Position numbers and translations under genes: made by a program. The notes beneath the pieces were generated by a model that had not been told where the DNA came from, searched no databases, and saw only the letters and a list, made by a program, of their open reading frames with translations. A stretch of 64,000 nucleotides of DNA from contig CAYWGD010000002.1 in the NCBI GenBank assembly GCA_964457335.1, positions 169,460-233,459 on the forward strand, written 5' to 3'. Positions 9,033 through 21,861 of this stretch are shown here, piece by piece. The DNA comes from an uncultured Enterobacteriaceae bacterium (GTDB taxonomy: Bacteria > Myxococcota_A > UBA796 > SXON01). How positions within the stretch are numbered: position 1 is the stretch's first letter; each line of letters opens with the position of its first letter.

Positions 9033-10619
9033 CTAGCGGCCGAAGCGAACGCCGGCGCGCGCCGCGGCGCCGTAGGTCCACTCCGTGCCCGTCGCGAAGG
9101 GCATGGGCGACACGTGCCCGTCGACTCGGAGCTCGACCCGGAGGTCCCGGCCGACCGGGATCCCGCCGCCGAAGCTCGCGAGCCCCGCCACGCTCACGTT
9201 CTCCTGGAGCTCGCCGGTCTCGGAGTTGCGCCGGAAAGGGACGCGCACGTCCAGCCCGGGGCCGAGCCACAGCGGGCCGAGGTCGAGGCCGGCCGTGGCC
9301 CCGGCCGAGAGCGCGCCCGAGGTGGAGCGCGTCTCGTCCGGGAGGAGTCCGTCCGCGAGCTCGACGTTCAGGTGGAGATCCGGCCTCCACGGGGAGGGGA
9401 GCGACACTGGGTGCACCCACGCCACGCCGAGCGAGGCGTGGAAGGGGTGCAGGAAGTCGGTCCCGCCCTGCCAGGACACGCCCGCGAGCACGTCCACGGC
9501 GGGCTCTCGCCCGCGCACCAGGTCCTCGACCGGGAGCCGGCCACCGGCCTCGAGCCGCACCCGCTGCTTGACCAGGCGGCGCCCGTCCTCGGTCTGGATC
9601 TCGATGGTCTGCGCGCCGGGCTCGACCGCGTAGAGCCCGGGCAGCTCCCCGCGGGGGATGCCGTTGATCAGCAGGCGCGCGCGGTCCAGCACGCGGTCGT
9701 ACGCCGAGACGAGGGCCTGCTCGGCCGCCGATCGCTCCGTGGCGCGGCCCGAGAGGTAGATCTCCTCGCGGCCGACGATGCGGTACTCCGCGCGCGGCAC
9801 CTGGAGGCCGCCCGTGTAGGCGATCGTCCGGTCGCGCGCGTACTCGTGCGCCTCCGTCACGTCGACGAGCTGGTCCCCGTCGAGGTCGGCGTCCCGCCGC
9901 GCGGTGGTCAGGCCCTGGAGGAGGAAGTGCGTGTAGACGCCGTTCTCGAGGCTCGGGTCCTCCATCGCGGGCTGGTAGTACTGGGCCGCGAAGAGGCGCG
10001 CCTCGGACTCGGAGATCTCCCGGTCGCCCCGCGGGGCCGGCGGCTCGCCTCGGAGGCCCTGGAGCTGGCGGGAGGTCGTGTCGGAGAGCGAGGACTTGGA
10101 GCCGCCCCGGCCGTTGTGGCAGGTGTCGAGGATCAACACCCGCCGCCGCGCCGGGAGCGCGTTCACGAGGTCCTCGATCTCCTGGACGGCGAGCCCGGTC
10201 TTCGTCGGGTCGTCGAGCCGCGCGTCGGAGGGGAGGAACCAGAGGCGGCTCCCGTCGATCGGGTCGAGCGTGAGCGTGCCGTGGCCGGAGAGGTAGAGGA
10301 GGAAGGTGTCGTCGCGCTGCAGATCGGCCGTGGCCGCGGCGAACGCGCGGCGGAGGGCCTCGCGCGAGGTGGCCGTCGCGCCCTCGATGATGGTCACGCG
10401 GTCGAAGCCGCCGACGTCGGCGCTCCCCAGCACCGTCCCCAGGTCGCGCGCGTCCTTCTCGGCGAAGCGCAGGCCCTGGAGCTTCGGGTCCGCGTAGTCC
10501 TGCACGCCGATCACCAGCGCGACGCGGCGCGGCTCGAACGCGGCGCCGGCCTGCCCCGGGCTCACGTCGACCACCGCGGCGAGCGCGCCCGGCAGCAGCA
10601 GCGAGGCGAGCCCGATCAC
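9033..10619 (-). CDS. Secreted caspase-family (peptidase C14) protein with PEGA-like domain and beta-rich C-terminus
   Basis: GTG start at 10619 overlaps the stop of the anti-sigma gene (GTGA). Signal-like VIGLASLLLPGALAA. His/Cys dyad motifs YLSGHG and LILDTCHNGRG. LINGIPRGELPGLYAVEPGAQTIEIQ is PEGA-like. Confidence 0.85.
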   Translation of the reverse strand: MIGLASLLLPGALAAVVDVSPGQAGAAFEPRRVALVIGVQDYADPKLQGLRFAEKDARDLGTVLGSADVGGFDRVTIIEGATATSREALRRAFAAATADLQRDDTFLLYLSGHGTLTLDPIDGSRLWFLPSDARLDDPTKTGLAVQEIEDLVNALPARRRVLILDTCHNGRGGSKSSLSDTTSRQLQGLRGEPPAPRGDREISESEARLFAAQYYQPAMEDPSLENGVYTHFLLQGLTTARRDADLDGDQLVDVTEAHEYARDRTIAYTGGLQVPRAEYRIVGREEIYLSGRATERSAAEQALVSAYDRVLDRARLLINGIPRGELPGLYAVEPGAQTIEIQTEDGRRLVKQRVRLEAGGRLPVEDLVRGREPAVDVLAGVSWQGGTDFLHPFHASLGVAWVHPVSLPSPWRPDLHLNVELADGLLPDETRSTSGALSAGATAGLDLGPLWLGPGLDVRVPFRRNSETGELQENVSVAGLASFGGGIPVGRDLRVELRVDGHVSPMPFATGTEWTYGAAARAGVRFGR

Positions 10620-11275
10620 GGCGTCACCCCGGGGAGCTCGATCGCGTCGGACGCGCCGCCGCCCTCGACGACGAAGCGCGCCGGGCCCTCTCCGGCTTCG
10701 AGCGCGTAGCCGACGGGCAGGTCGGTGTCCCCCGCGGGCACCGGGCCGCGGAACAACACCGTGTCGTTTCGACGGAGCGTGACGTCCATGGGGACCTGGG
10801 TGGTGACGCGGAACACCAGGGTATCGCCGGATCGGTACGATCGTCCCGCGGAGAGGCGCTCGACCGCGTCCCCGCGCCGCACCGCGACGCGCAGGCCCAG
10901 CTCGGGCACCCGCTCGCCCGCGCCGCGGGGCACGAGCTGGGCGGGATCGCCGCGCTCGGCGGGCGTGGGGAGCGCGAGCAGGAGGCCGGCCGCGAGCGCG
11001 AAGACGCCCGCGGCGACAGGAGCCCAGCGGCGGAGGATCGGGGGGGCGTTGCGGGGGGCCCTCCCCCCGCCCCAAGAGCCCGGAGATCCCGACGCCACGT
11101 CGGCTTGCTGAGCGGCATCCGGTCGCGGGGCGACCACGAGCGCGGGCCCGCCGAGCACTTCCGCGACGCGTCCGGGAGGCACTCCCACCTCGGCGAGGAT
11201 GCGCGCCTGGAGCGCCCGCGGAGGCTCCACGCCCCCGAGGTCGGCCAGGAGCCGATCGAGCTCGGCGTCGTTCAC
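10616..11275 (-). CDS. Membrane anti-sigma factor (single TM, periplasmic beta domain, DUF4384-like by recollection)
   Basis: ATGA overlap with the ECF sigma gene. Short N-terminal helix, TM segment WAPVAAGVFALAAGLLLAL, and C-terminal ...YRSGDTLVFRVTTQVPMDVTL.... Confidence 0.7.
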   Translation of the reverse strand: MNDAELDRLLADLGGVEPPRALQARILAEVGVPPGRVAEVLGGPALVVAPRPDAAQQADVASGSPGSWGGGRAPRNAPPILRRWAPVAAGVFALAAGLLLALPTPAERGDPAQLVPRGAGERVPELGLRVAVRRGDAVERLSAGRSYRSGDTLVFRVTTQVPMDVTLRRNDTVLFRGPVPAGDTDLPVGYALEAGEGPARFVVEGGGASDAIELPGVTP

Positions 11276-11793
11276 GCGGCCTCCAGGAGCTCGCGCAGGC
11301 GCACACGCGCGCGGGAGACGCGGGCGCGGGCGTTGTCGGGCGAGATGTCGAGCGCGGCGGCGATCTCGTTGTGGTCGAAGCCCTGGACGGACGCGAGGAG
11401 GAAGGCGTCGCGCAGGTTCTCGGGGAGGTCGGCCAGCGCGCGCTCGAGCGCGATGCGGTCGGACGGCGCGTCGTTGGAGACGAGCTCGTGGTCCTCGCCG
11501 AGCACCTCGGGGCGGCGCGCCGAGCGGCGCTGGCCGTCCCGGAGCGCGTTCGTGGCGATGCGGTAGAGCCAGCTGCGAAAGCTGCCGTCAGCCCCGCTCC
11601 ACGTGCTGCGCGCGCGGTGGACGCTGAGGAAGGCCTCCTGGAAGACCTCGTCCGCGACCTCGGCCCGGCGCGTCATGCGCAGGAGGTAGCCGTACAAGGG
11701 CGCACGATGCCGCGCGAACAGGGTCGCGAAGGCGTCTGCGCTCCCCTGCTGCACCGCGTCCATCAAGGCCTCGTCGGAGGATGGGTCCTTCAC
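11272..11793 (-). CDS. ECF-type RNA polymerase sigma-70 factor
   Basis: 173 aa. Region 2 reads FATLFARHRAPLYGYLLRMT...EVFQEAFLSVH...FRSWLYRIATN. Region 4 reads LPENLRDAFLLASVQGFDHNEIAAALDISPDNARARVSRAR. Confidence 0.92.
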   Translation of the reverse strand: MKDPSSDEALMDAVQQGSADAFATLFARHRAPLYGYLLRMTRRAEVADEVFQEAFLSVHRARSTWSGADGSFRSWLYRIATNALRDGQRRSARRPEVLGEDHELVSNDAPSDRIALERALADLPENLRDAFLLASVQGFDHNEIAAALDISPDNARARVSRARVRLRELLEAA

Positions 11794-11811
11794 CCGGCTC
11801 TCCGTCGATAC

Positions 11812-13353
11812 CTACGACGGCGGGGTGGGAGGTGTGACAACGCGGCGGTTGCGGATCGCGAGGAGCAGCGCTCCGGCCCCGACGAGGCTCGCCAGCATCG
11901 GGAACCAGCCGCCCCAGGTGCGGTAGGGCGTCTCGAACTTCGCCATGCGGATGGGGACCACCTGGGCCACGTCGGTGTAGGGCGACGTGTAGACGGGGAT
12001 GTCCCCGTGCGGCTCCACCACCATGCTGACGCCGGTGTAGGCGATGCGGAGCATGGGGCGGCCGAGCTCGACCGCGTGCACCGCCGCCAGCATCGCGTGC
12101 TGGTGCGGCGCCGCGGTGTCCCCGAACCAGCCGTCGTTCGTGATGTTCACGAAGAGGTCGGCGTCCATGAGTCGGCGCATCTGGTGCTCGAGGATGGCCT
12201 CGTAGCAGATGGGCGTCGTGAACGTGAAGCGCCCGGTGTCGAAGATCTTCGGGTCGGTGCCGGCCCGGAAGTTCCCGACGCCCTCGATGTAGTCGCGGAG
12301 GTAGCTGACCGGCCAGGGCAGGTACTCGCCGAACGGGAGCGGGACCATCTTGTCGTAGCGGCCGCGGATCTCGCCGTCGCGGCCGAAGAGGTACGCCGAG
12401 TTCCAGCTGGCACGGCGGCCGTCGGGGTCCCGCTCGAAGGTGCCGCCGCCGACGAGGAAGTCGAAGCCGCCCTGGCGCGAGAGGGAGGAGAAGATCTCCT
12501 TCACCTTGCCCTCGTTCGGGTTGTAGCCGATCGAGCCCTCGGGCCAGACCACGAGGTCGGGCCGTTCGGAGGCGACCTGGCTCGTGAGCTTCATCCAGGA
12601 CTTCAGCACGTCGGAGCCGCGGTCCTGGAGGCGCGTGACCATCGAGACGTGCTGCTGGAGCAGGCTGGCGCGCACGACCGGCGCGGCGGCGAGGGCCTCC
12701 TCGACGCGCTGGTGGCGCCAGGCGCCGAAGCCCAGGTTCGCGAGCCACAACGCGGCGACCGCGACGACGGCGGGGACGGGCACGCGCGTGCCCTCGCGAC
12801 GGGCGATGATCAGCTCGGCCAGCGCGGCGTTCACGAGGATGACCAGGAACGAGACGCCCATGGCGCCGAACACGCTGGAGAGCTGCCAGACCCAGGGGAC
12901 GCGGTACTGGCCGACGCCCTGGTAGTAGGGGAAGAGCGCCGGCTGGAGGTACTCCATGCCGACCCACACCGCGGGGAAGAGGAAGATCCAGGCGGCGCCG
13001 AAGCGGGCGCGGAGCGGGTGGATCGCCATGGCGACGAGGCCGTAGGGCAGGCCCCAGACCGCCGCGAAGAGCACGACGATGAGCGCGGCGACGACGAGCG
13101 GGATGTTCGAGAAGATCGTGATCGTCTGGGCGAGCCAGAAGAACAGGCAGAAGACCCCGGAGAAGCCGCAGAGGTAGCCCAGCTTGAAGTTCGTGCGCGC
13201 CTCGCCGGGGCGGAGCGCCCAGAAGAGCGGGACGAAGGTCACCCAGTGGAGCCACGCGAGGCCGAACGGGGGCGAGACCAGCATGAGGACGAGGCCGGAC
13301 GTGAGCGCCGCGAGCGTGCGCGGCAGCGTGGCCCGGGAGAGGAGGGGGCTCAT
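11812..13353 (-). CDS. lnt: Apolipoprotein N-acyltransferase
   Basis: 513 aa. Multi-TM N-terminal half followed by a CN-hydrolase domain (VVWPEGS, ...TTPICYEAI...). Confidence 0.9.
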   Translation of the reverse strand: MSPLLSRATLPRTLAALTSGLVLMLVSPPFGLAWLHWVTFVPLFWALRPGEARTNFKLGYLCGFSGVFCLFFWLAQTITIFSNIPLVVAALIVVLFAAVWGLPYGLVAMAIHPLRARFGAAWIFLFPAVWVGMEYLQPALFPYYQGVGQYRVPWVWQLSSVFGAMGVSFLVILVNAALAELIIARREGTRVPVPAVVAVAALWLANLGFGAWRHQRVEEALAAAPVVRASLLQQHVSMVTRLQDRGSDVLKSWMKLTSQVASERPDLVVWPEGSIGYNPNEGKVKEIFSSLSRQGGFDFLVGGGTFERDPDGRRASWNSAYLFGRDGEIRGRYDKMVPLPFGEYLPWPVSYLRDYIEGVGNFRAGTDPKIFDTGRFTFTTPICYEAILEHQMRRLMDADLFVNITNDGWFGDTAAPHQHAMLAAVHAVELGRPMLRIAYTGVSMVVEPHGDIPVYTSPYTDVAQVVPIRMAKFETPYRTWGGWFPMLASLVGAGALLLAIRNRRVVTPPTPPS

Positions 13354-13360
13354 TTCGATC

Positions 13361-14152
13361 TCAGTCGCTCCAGCGGGGCGCCCGCTTCTCGCGGAAGGCG
13401 GCGACGCCTTCGCTGGCCTCGCCGCTCACGAGCGCGAGGACCCCGGCGCGCGTCTCGACCGACAGGGCCTCGTCGAGGCCCAGGTCGGCGGCGACGCGCA
13501 CCGCGTTGAGGGCCAGCCGGACGGCCATCGGCCCGTTGCCCACGATGTCACCGGCGGCGGCCCGCGCGGCGGCGAGGGCCGTGCCCGCGGGCACGACGCG
13601 CTCGATGACGCCGAGGCGGTAGGCCTCCTCGGCGTCGACGCGGCGGCCGGTGCACACGAGGTCGGCCGCGCGGCCGGGGCCGACGAGGCGGGTGAGGCGC
13701 GCGCACCCCCCGAGGTCGGGGATCATGCCGATGCGCACCTCGGGCAGGCCGAGGCTCGCGCCGGCACTCGCGATCCGAATGTCGCAGGCCAGGGCGACCT
13801 CGAGCCCGCCGCCGACGCACGCGCCCTCGATGGCGGCGATGGTGGGGCAGGGGAGGTCGGCGAGCGCCTGCACGCAGGCCTTGAGCTCGCGGATGAGGTC
13901 CTGGGCCGCGCGCTCGTCCCCGTTCACGATGGCGGGCGTGGCCGCGGCCAGGATGGCCTCGTCGGCCGCCAGGTCCATCCCCGAGCAGAAGTGCCCGCCC
14001 GCGCCCGTCACGATGACGACGCGCGCTCCCTCGGCCTCGCGAGCGGCCGCTCCCAGCTGGCGCCACATCGCGAGGTCGAGCGCGTTGCGCCGTTCCGGGC
14101 GATCGAGCGTGAGGACGGCGACACCTTCGGAGACCTGGAGGGTGACTGGCAT
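13361..14152 (-). CDS. Enoyl-CoA hydratase/isomerase (crotonase) family protein
   Basis: 263 aa. Contains VIVTGAGGHFCSGMDL and IAAIEGACVGGGLEVALACDIRIAS, with the C-terminal REKRAPRW. Confidence 0.9.
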   Translation of the reverse strand: MPVTLQVSEGVAVLTLDRPERRNALDLAMWRQLGAAAREAEGARVVIVTGAGGHFCSGMDLAADEAILAAATPAIVNGDERAAQDLIRELKACVQALADLPCPTIAAIEGACVGGGLEVALACDIRIASAGASLGLPEVRIGMIPDLGGCARLTRLVGPGRAADLVCTGRRVDAEEAYRLGVIERVVPAGTALAAARAAAGDIVGNGPMAVRLALNAVRVAADLGLDEALSVETRAGVLALVSGEASEGVAAFREKRAPRWSD

Positions 14153-14247
14153 CCGCCCAAGGTATCCCGTCGTGGGGGGAGCGCGGTGGCCCTGGGGCCG
14201 CTGCGATCGCGGCAGCGTCCGACCGGGGTTCGCGACGCGCCAGGGCC

Positions 14248-14284
14248 AAAACGCCGCGGAGCCGGCGTGGGGTACGCCGGCTCC
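14248..14284 (-). terminator. Candidate intrinsic terminator of groESL
   Basis: Perfect 10-bp inverted repeat GGAGCCGGCG-N7-CGCCGGCTCC at 14258-14284, 25 nt downstream of the groEL stop. On the minus strand it is followed by gcggcgTTTTgg. Confidence 0.55.
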
Positions 14285-14308
14285 GGGTCGTGACGGTCGG
14301 AGGAGGAC

Positions 14309-16295
<1,987 letters not shown>

Positions 16296-16441
16296 GGGTC
16301 GGACTCCGTGGAAGCAGGATTCGCTGGCGCCGCGGGGCGGCGCGCAGGGGTGGGTCGAGGACGACCCGGACCCGAGTGGGCGAAGGGGTAGACACCTGCC
16401 TGACGACCGTCAACGTCCAGCTTCGCGTTTTTGATGCGGAC

Positions 16442-16475
16442 GGCGTGGGAGCAGCCGAATTGCCGCTCCCACGCC
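16442..16475. promoter_or_regulatory. Perfect 11-bp inverted repeat GGCGTGGGAGC-N12-GCTCCCACGCC upstream of groES (candidate operator)
   Basis: Read directly from the sequence. It lies about 29 nt upstream of a TTGACG (-35-like, minus strand, 16408-16413). It does not match CIRCE or HAIR. Confidence 0.4.
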
Positions 16476-16676
16476 GCCATCCCGGGACCCGGCTGGGGTC
16501 AGGGCTGTTCGGAAGAGACGCCGAGGCCCGGGGCCAGACAGGCAAGCAAGAATCATGCCGCTTGGCGGTCCCGATGCGCCTGCGCTTCGCCGACGCGCGC
16601 CGGCAGTCTGGAGGATTGCTGATAAGCAGGCATGAACCTATACTTCGGTCAGGCGTCACCAGTTCGGGGGGCAGTA

Positions 16677-16704
16677 GGGGAGCGGCAAGGATGCCCGGCT
16701 CCCC
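16677..16704. promoter_or_regulatory. Second inverted repeat with the same core, GGGGAGC-N14-GCTCCCC, upstream of dnaK
   Basis: Read directly from the sequence. It lies 20 nt upstream of the TTGACG at 16725 and shares the GGGAGC...GCTCCC core with the groES-proximal repeat. Confidence 0.3.
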
Positions 16705-16724
16705 GCCGGAGGTGTGTCCTCGGC

Positions 16725-16752
16725 TTGACGACGCAGAGGCGGGGATTAGCAT
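16725..16752 (+). promoter_or_regulatory. Candidate dnaK promoter (TTGACG-N16-TAGCAT)
   Basis: A sigma70-like hexamer pair about 100 nt upstream of the dnaK ATG. Pattern match only. Confidence 0.3.
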
Positions 16753-16851
16753 CTGCGAGGCTTCGGCGCGCACGGCTGTGTGCGGGCCGATCAAGTAGCT
16801 TCTAGGTGAATTTCCGCGCTGCGGCGCCACTCGGAGAGGGAGGACGTTTCC

Positions 16852-18765
<1,914 letters not shown>

Positions 18766-18785
18766 CAGTCAGGGCGGCGGATCGA

Positions 18786-18806
18786 GGGCGGCCGAAGAGG
18801 CCGCCC
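18786..18806 (+). other. Intercistronic GC hairpin between dnaK and dnaJ (GGGCGGCC-gaaga-GGCCGCCC)
   Basis: Perfect 8-bp stem 21 nt after the dnaK stop, followed by the T-containing tccctctt. It may be a partial terminator or a processing or stability element. Confidence 0.35.
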
Positions 18807-18826
18807 TCCCTCTTGGAGGATGACGG

Positions 18827-19942
18827 ATGGCGGCGAAGCGCGACTACTACGAGGTCCTCGGCGTGGCACGAGGTGCCTCGGCCAGCGAGGTCAAGAAGGC
18901 CTTCCGTCAGATGGCGATGAAGTTCCACCCGGACAAGAACCCGGGGGACAAGGAGGCCGAGGCGCGCTTCAAGGAAGTGGCCGAGGCCTACGAGATCCTC
19001 GGGGACGACCAGAAGCGGCAGATGTACGACCGCTTCGGGCACGAGGGCGTGAGCGGCGCGGGGTTCCAGGGCGGGTTCCAGAACTCCGAGGAGATCTTCT
19101 CCCACTTCTCCGACATCTTCGGCGACCTCTTCGGGTTCGGCGGCGGTGGCGGAGGGCGGCGCCGTGGCCCGCGCCGGGGCCCGGACCTCGAGTACCCCCT
19201 CACCATCGACTTCCTCGAAGCCGCCAAGGGCTGCGAGAAGGAGATCCAGGTCCCCAAGCACGCCGTCTGCGGCGAGTGCGACGGGACGGGGGCGGCGGCC
19301 GGGAGCCAGCCGCAGGTGTGCGCGACGTGCCGGGGCGCGGGCGAGGTGGTCCAGGCGCAGATGTTCCTGCGCATCCGCACCACCTGCCCGAGCTGCAGCG
19401 GGCGAGGCAAGGTGATCAAGGATCCGTGCAAGTCCTGCGAGGGGTCGGGCCGCACGCGGATCAGCGAGCGGTTGAAGGTCAACATCCCCGCCGGCATCGA
19501 CGACGGGATGCAGCTCCGGCTGCAGGGGAAGGGCGACGCCGGCGATCCCGGCGCCCCTCCGGGCGACCTCTACATCACCGTACGAATCGCGGAGCACGAG
19601 ATCTTCGGGCGGGACGGGCACAACGTCCTCTGCCAGGTCCCGATCAGCTACGCGACGGCGTGCCTCGGGGGGGACATCTCCGTCCCGACGATCGACGGGG
19701 AGGAGCCCCTGACGATCGAGCGGGGCACCCCCTCCGGGAAGGTCTACACCTTGCGCGACAAGGGGATCCCGGCGATCAACGGGCGCGGGCGGGGCGACCA
19801 GCTGGTCCAGGTGGTCGTCGCGGTGCCGAAGACGCTCTCCGCGAAGGAGGAGGAGCTCATCCGCCAGCTCGCGTCGCTGCAGGAAGCAAAAGTTACCGAT
19901 CGGAGCATCTGGAAGGAATTCCTGAACCGCTGGACGAGCTAG
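18827..19942 (+). CDS. dnaJ: Hsp40 co-chaperone DnaJ
   Basis: 371 aa. J-domain with HPDKNP, a G/F region, and four CxxCxGxG zinc-finger repeats. GGAGGA lies upstream. Confidence 0.97.
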   Translation: MAAKRDYYEVLGVARGASASEVKKAFRQMAMKFHPDKNPGDKEAEARFKEVAEAYEILGDDQKRQMYDRFGHEGVSGAGFQGGFQNSEEIFSHFSDIFGDLFGFGGGGGGRRRGPRRGPDLEYPLTIDFLEAAKGCEKEIQVPKHAVCGECDGTGAAAGSQPQVCATCRGAGEVVQAQMFLRIRTTCPSCSGRGKVIKDPCKSCEGSGRTRISERLKVNIPAGIDDGMQLRLQGKGDAGDPGAPPGDLYITVRIAEHEIFGRDGHNVLCQVPISYATACLGGDISVPTIDGEEPLTIERGTPSGKVYTLRDKGIPAINGRGRGDQLVQVVVAVPKTLSAKEEELIRQLASLQEAKVTDRSIWKEFLNRWTS

Positions 19943-19982
19943 AGCGGCGGCGTCGGGGCGCGGTCGCCCCGCGGGAGGACGG

Positions 19983-20990
19983 ATGGCTGGGATGGAGGAG
20001 CTCCCCACCGGGACGGTGCCGGCGGGCCTGGGGGACGAGCTCGCGGAGGCGGCGCGGGACCTCGCGGAGGTCCGGCGGCAGGTCGCGCGGGTGATCGTGG
20101 GCCAGAAGTACATGATCGACCGGCTCCTGATCGCGCTCCTCGCGGATGGGCACATCCTGCTCGAGGGCGTGCCCGGTCTCGCGAAGACCACCGCGGTGAA
20201 GGCGCTGGCGAACACGCTCCACGCCGAGTTCTCGCGCATCCAGTTCACGCCCGACCTCCTCCCGGCGGACGTGCTCGGCACCCAGATCTACAACCCGCGG
20301 GACGGGGCCTTCTCCACGCGGAAGGGCCCGATCTTCACGAACATCCTCCTGGCCGACGAGATCAACCGCGCGCCTGCAAAGGTGCAGTCCGCGCTGTTGG
20401 AGGCCATGCAGGAGCGGCAGGTCACGCTCGCCGAGCAGACCTTCACGCTGCCGCGCCCCTTCCTCGTGCTCGCGACCCAGAACCCCATCGAGCAGGAGGG
20501 CACGTACCCCCTGCCCGAGGCGCAGGTCGACCGGTTCATGATGAAGCTCGTGGTGAGCTATCCGACGGCCGACGAGGAGCGCCAGATCCTGGAGCGGAGC
20601 GCCCTGCCCTCGGTACGGCCCGACGTGGTGCTGGATCCCGCGCGCATCCTCCGCATGCAGGACCTCGCGCGCCGCGTCACCATCAAGCCGATGCTCGCCG
20701 GGTACATCGTCAACCTCGTGCAGGCCACGCGCCAGCCCGGGGCCCTGTCCACGCGCCTCGCCCGGCTCGTCCAGTTCGGCGCGTCCCCGCGGGCGACGAT
20801 CTCGCTGGCGGCGGCGGCCCGTGCCGCGGCGCTCCTCGACGGGCGCGAGTTCGCCACCCCGGACGACGTGAAGGAGGTGGCCCTCGACGTGCTCCGCCAC
20901 CGCGTGCTGCTCACGTACGAGGCGGAGGCCGAGCAGGTGACGCCGGACCACGTGATCCGCGAGCTGCTCTCCACGGTGAAGACGCCCTGA
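19983..20990 (+). CDS. MoxR-family AAA+ ATPase (Bat operon gene 1)
   Basis: Walker A GVPGLAKT, Walker B LLADEINRA, and ...VLATQNPIEQEGTYPLPEAQVDRF. Confidence 0.92.
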   Translation: MAGMEELPTGTVPAGLGDELAEAARDLAEVRRQVARVIVGQKYMIDRLLIALLADGHILLEGVPGLAKTTAVKALANTLHAEFSRIQFTPDLLPADVLGTQIYNPRDGAFSTRKGPIFTNILLADEINRAPAKVQSALLEAMQERQVTLAEQTFTLPRPFLVLATQNPIEQEGTYPLPEAQVDRFMMKLVVSYPTADEERQILERSALPSVRPDVVLDPARILRMQDLARRVTIKPMLAGYIVNLVQATRQPGALSTRLARLVQFGASPRATISLAAAARAAALLDGREFATPDDVKEVALDVLRHRVLLTYEAEAEQVTPDHVIRELLSTVKTP

Positions 20991-21003
20991 GCCGAGGAAC
21001 CGC

Positions 21004-21861
21004 GTGCTTTCGCCCGAAGAGCTCCGCCAGATCCGCCGCCTCTCGGTCCAGGCCGGGCGTCGCGTCGACAGCCTGCTGGCCGGCGACTACCGCTCCGCCT
21101 TCAAGGGCAGCGGCATGGAGTTCGAGGAGGTGCGCCCGTACGTCCCCGGTGACGACGTGCGGCGCATCGACTGGAACGTCACGGCCCGCACGGGCGAGGC
21201 GTGGCTCAAGGAGTTCCGGGAGGAGCGGGAGCTCACGCTGCTCGTGCTGCTCGACGTGAGCGGGTCCGTCCGCTTCGGCTCCGGCGGGCGCGACGGGCGC
21301 ACGGACAAGCGGCTCCAGATGGCCCGCGTGGCCGGAGGCCTCGCCTACGCGGCGCTGCGCACCGGCGACCGGGTGGGGCTCTTGAGCTTCAGCGATCGGA
21401 TCCACCACTTCCTACCGCCCCGCCGCAGCCGCGGGCACGCCTGGCAGGTGATCCGCGCGGCGTTCGAGCACCACGGGGACGACCACGGGACCGACATCGC
21501 CGGCGCGCTGGCCTACGCCTCGAAGGTGCTCAAGCGCCGCGCGGTGGTCGCCGTGCTCTCGGACTTCCTCGCCGCGCGCCCCTTCGGCAGCGAGATGGGC
21601 GCGCTCGTGCGCCGCCACCGCACGCACGCGCTCCTCTTCCACGATCCCCGCGAGGCGGCGCTCCCGCCCGTGGGGCTGGTGACGCTGCAGGACGCGGAGA
21701 CCGGGCAGGTGCGGGTGGTCGACGCCTCCCGGGTCCACGCGACCCGCCCGGTGGACGCGCGGCTCGCCGAGCTGCGGCGGCACGGCGTCCGCGCGAGCGC
21801 GGTCGCGACGACCGACGACGCGTTCATCCGTCTCCAGCAGCACTTCCGGGGGGCGCGATGA
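21004..21861 (+). CDS. DUF58 protein (vWA-like partner of MoxR)
   Basis: GTG start. Contains GMEFEEVRPYVPGDDVRRIDWNVTAR and ...LLVLLDVSGS. Confidence 0.88.
   Translation: MLSPEELRQIRRLSVQAGRRVDSLLAGDYRSAFKGSGMEFEEVRPYVPGDDVRRIDWNVTARTGEAWLKEFREERELTLLVLLDVSGSVRFGSGGRDGRTDKRLQMARVAGGLAYAALRTGDRVGLLSFSDRIHHFLPPRRSRGHAWQVIRAAFEHHGDDHGTDIAGALAYASKVLKRRAVVAVLSDFLAARPFGSEMGALVRRHRTHALLFHDPREAALPPVGLVTLQDAETGQVRVVDASRVHATRPVDARLAELRRHGVRASAVATTDDAFIRLQQHFRGAR

Noticed and set aside
7354-10709. Long ORFs 7354..9420 (-, 688 aa) and 7824..10709 (+, 961 aa)
   Set aside because: They are Arg/Gly/Asp-rich shadows of the lipoprotein and caspase genes. The real frames carry lipobox, signal and catalytic motifs.
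16296-16851. Search for CIRCE (HrcA) or HAIR (HspR) operators and a sigma32-type CTTGAA/CCCCATNT promoter for groES/dnaK
   Set aside because: The closest strings (ttagcatct at ~16746; TTGACG...CCCCTTCG on the minus strand with a 20-nt spacer) do not meet sequence or spacing requirements.
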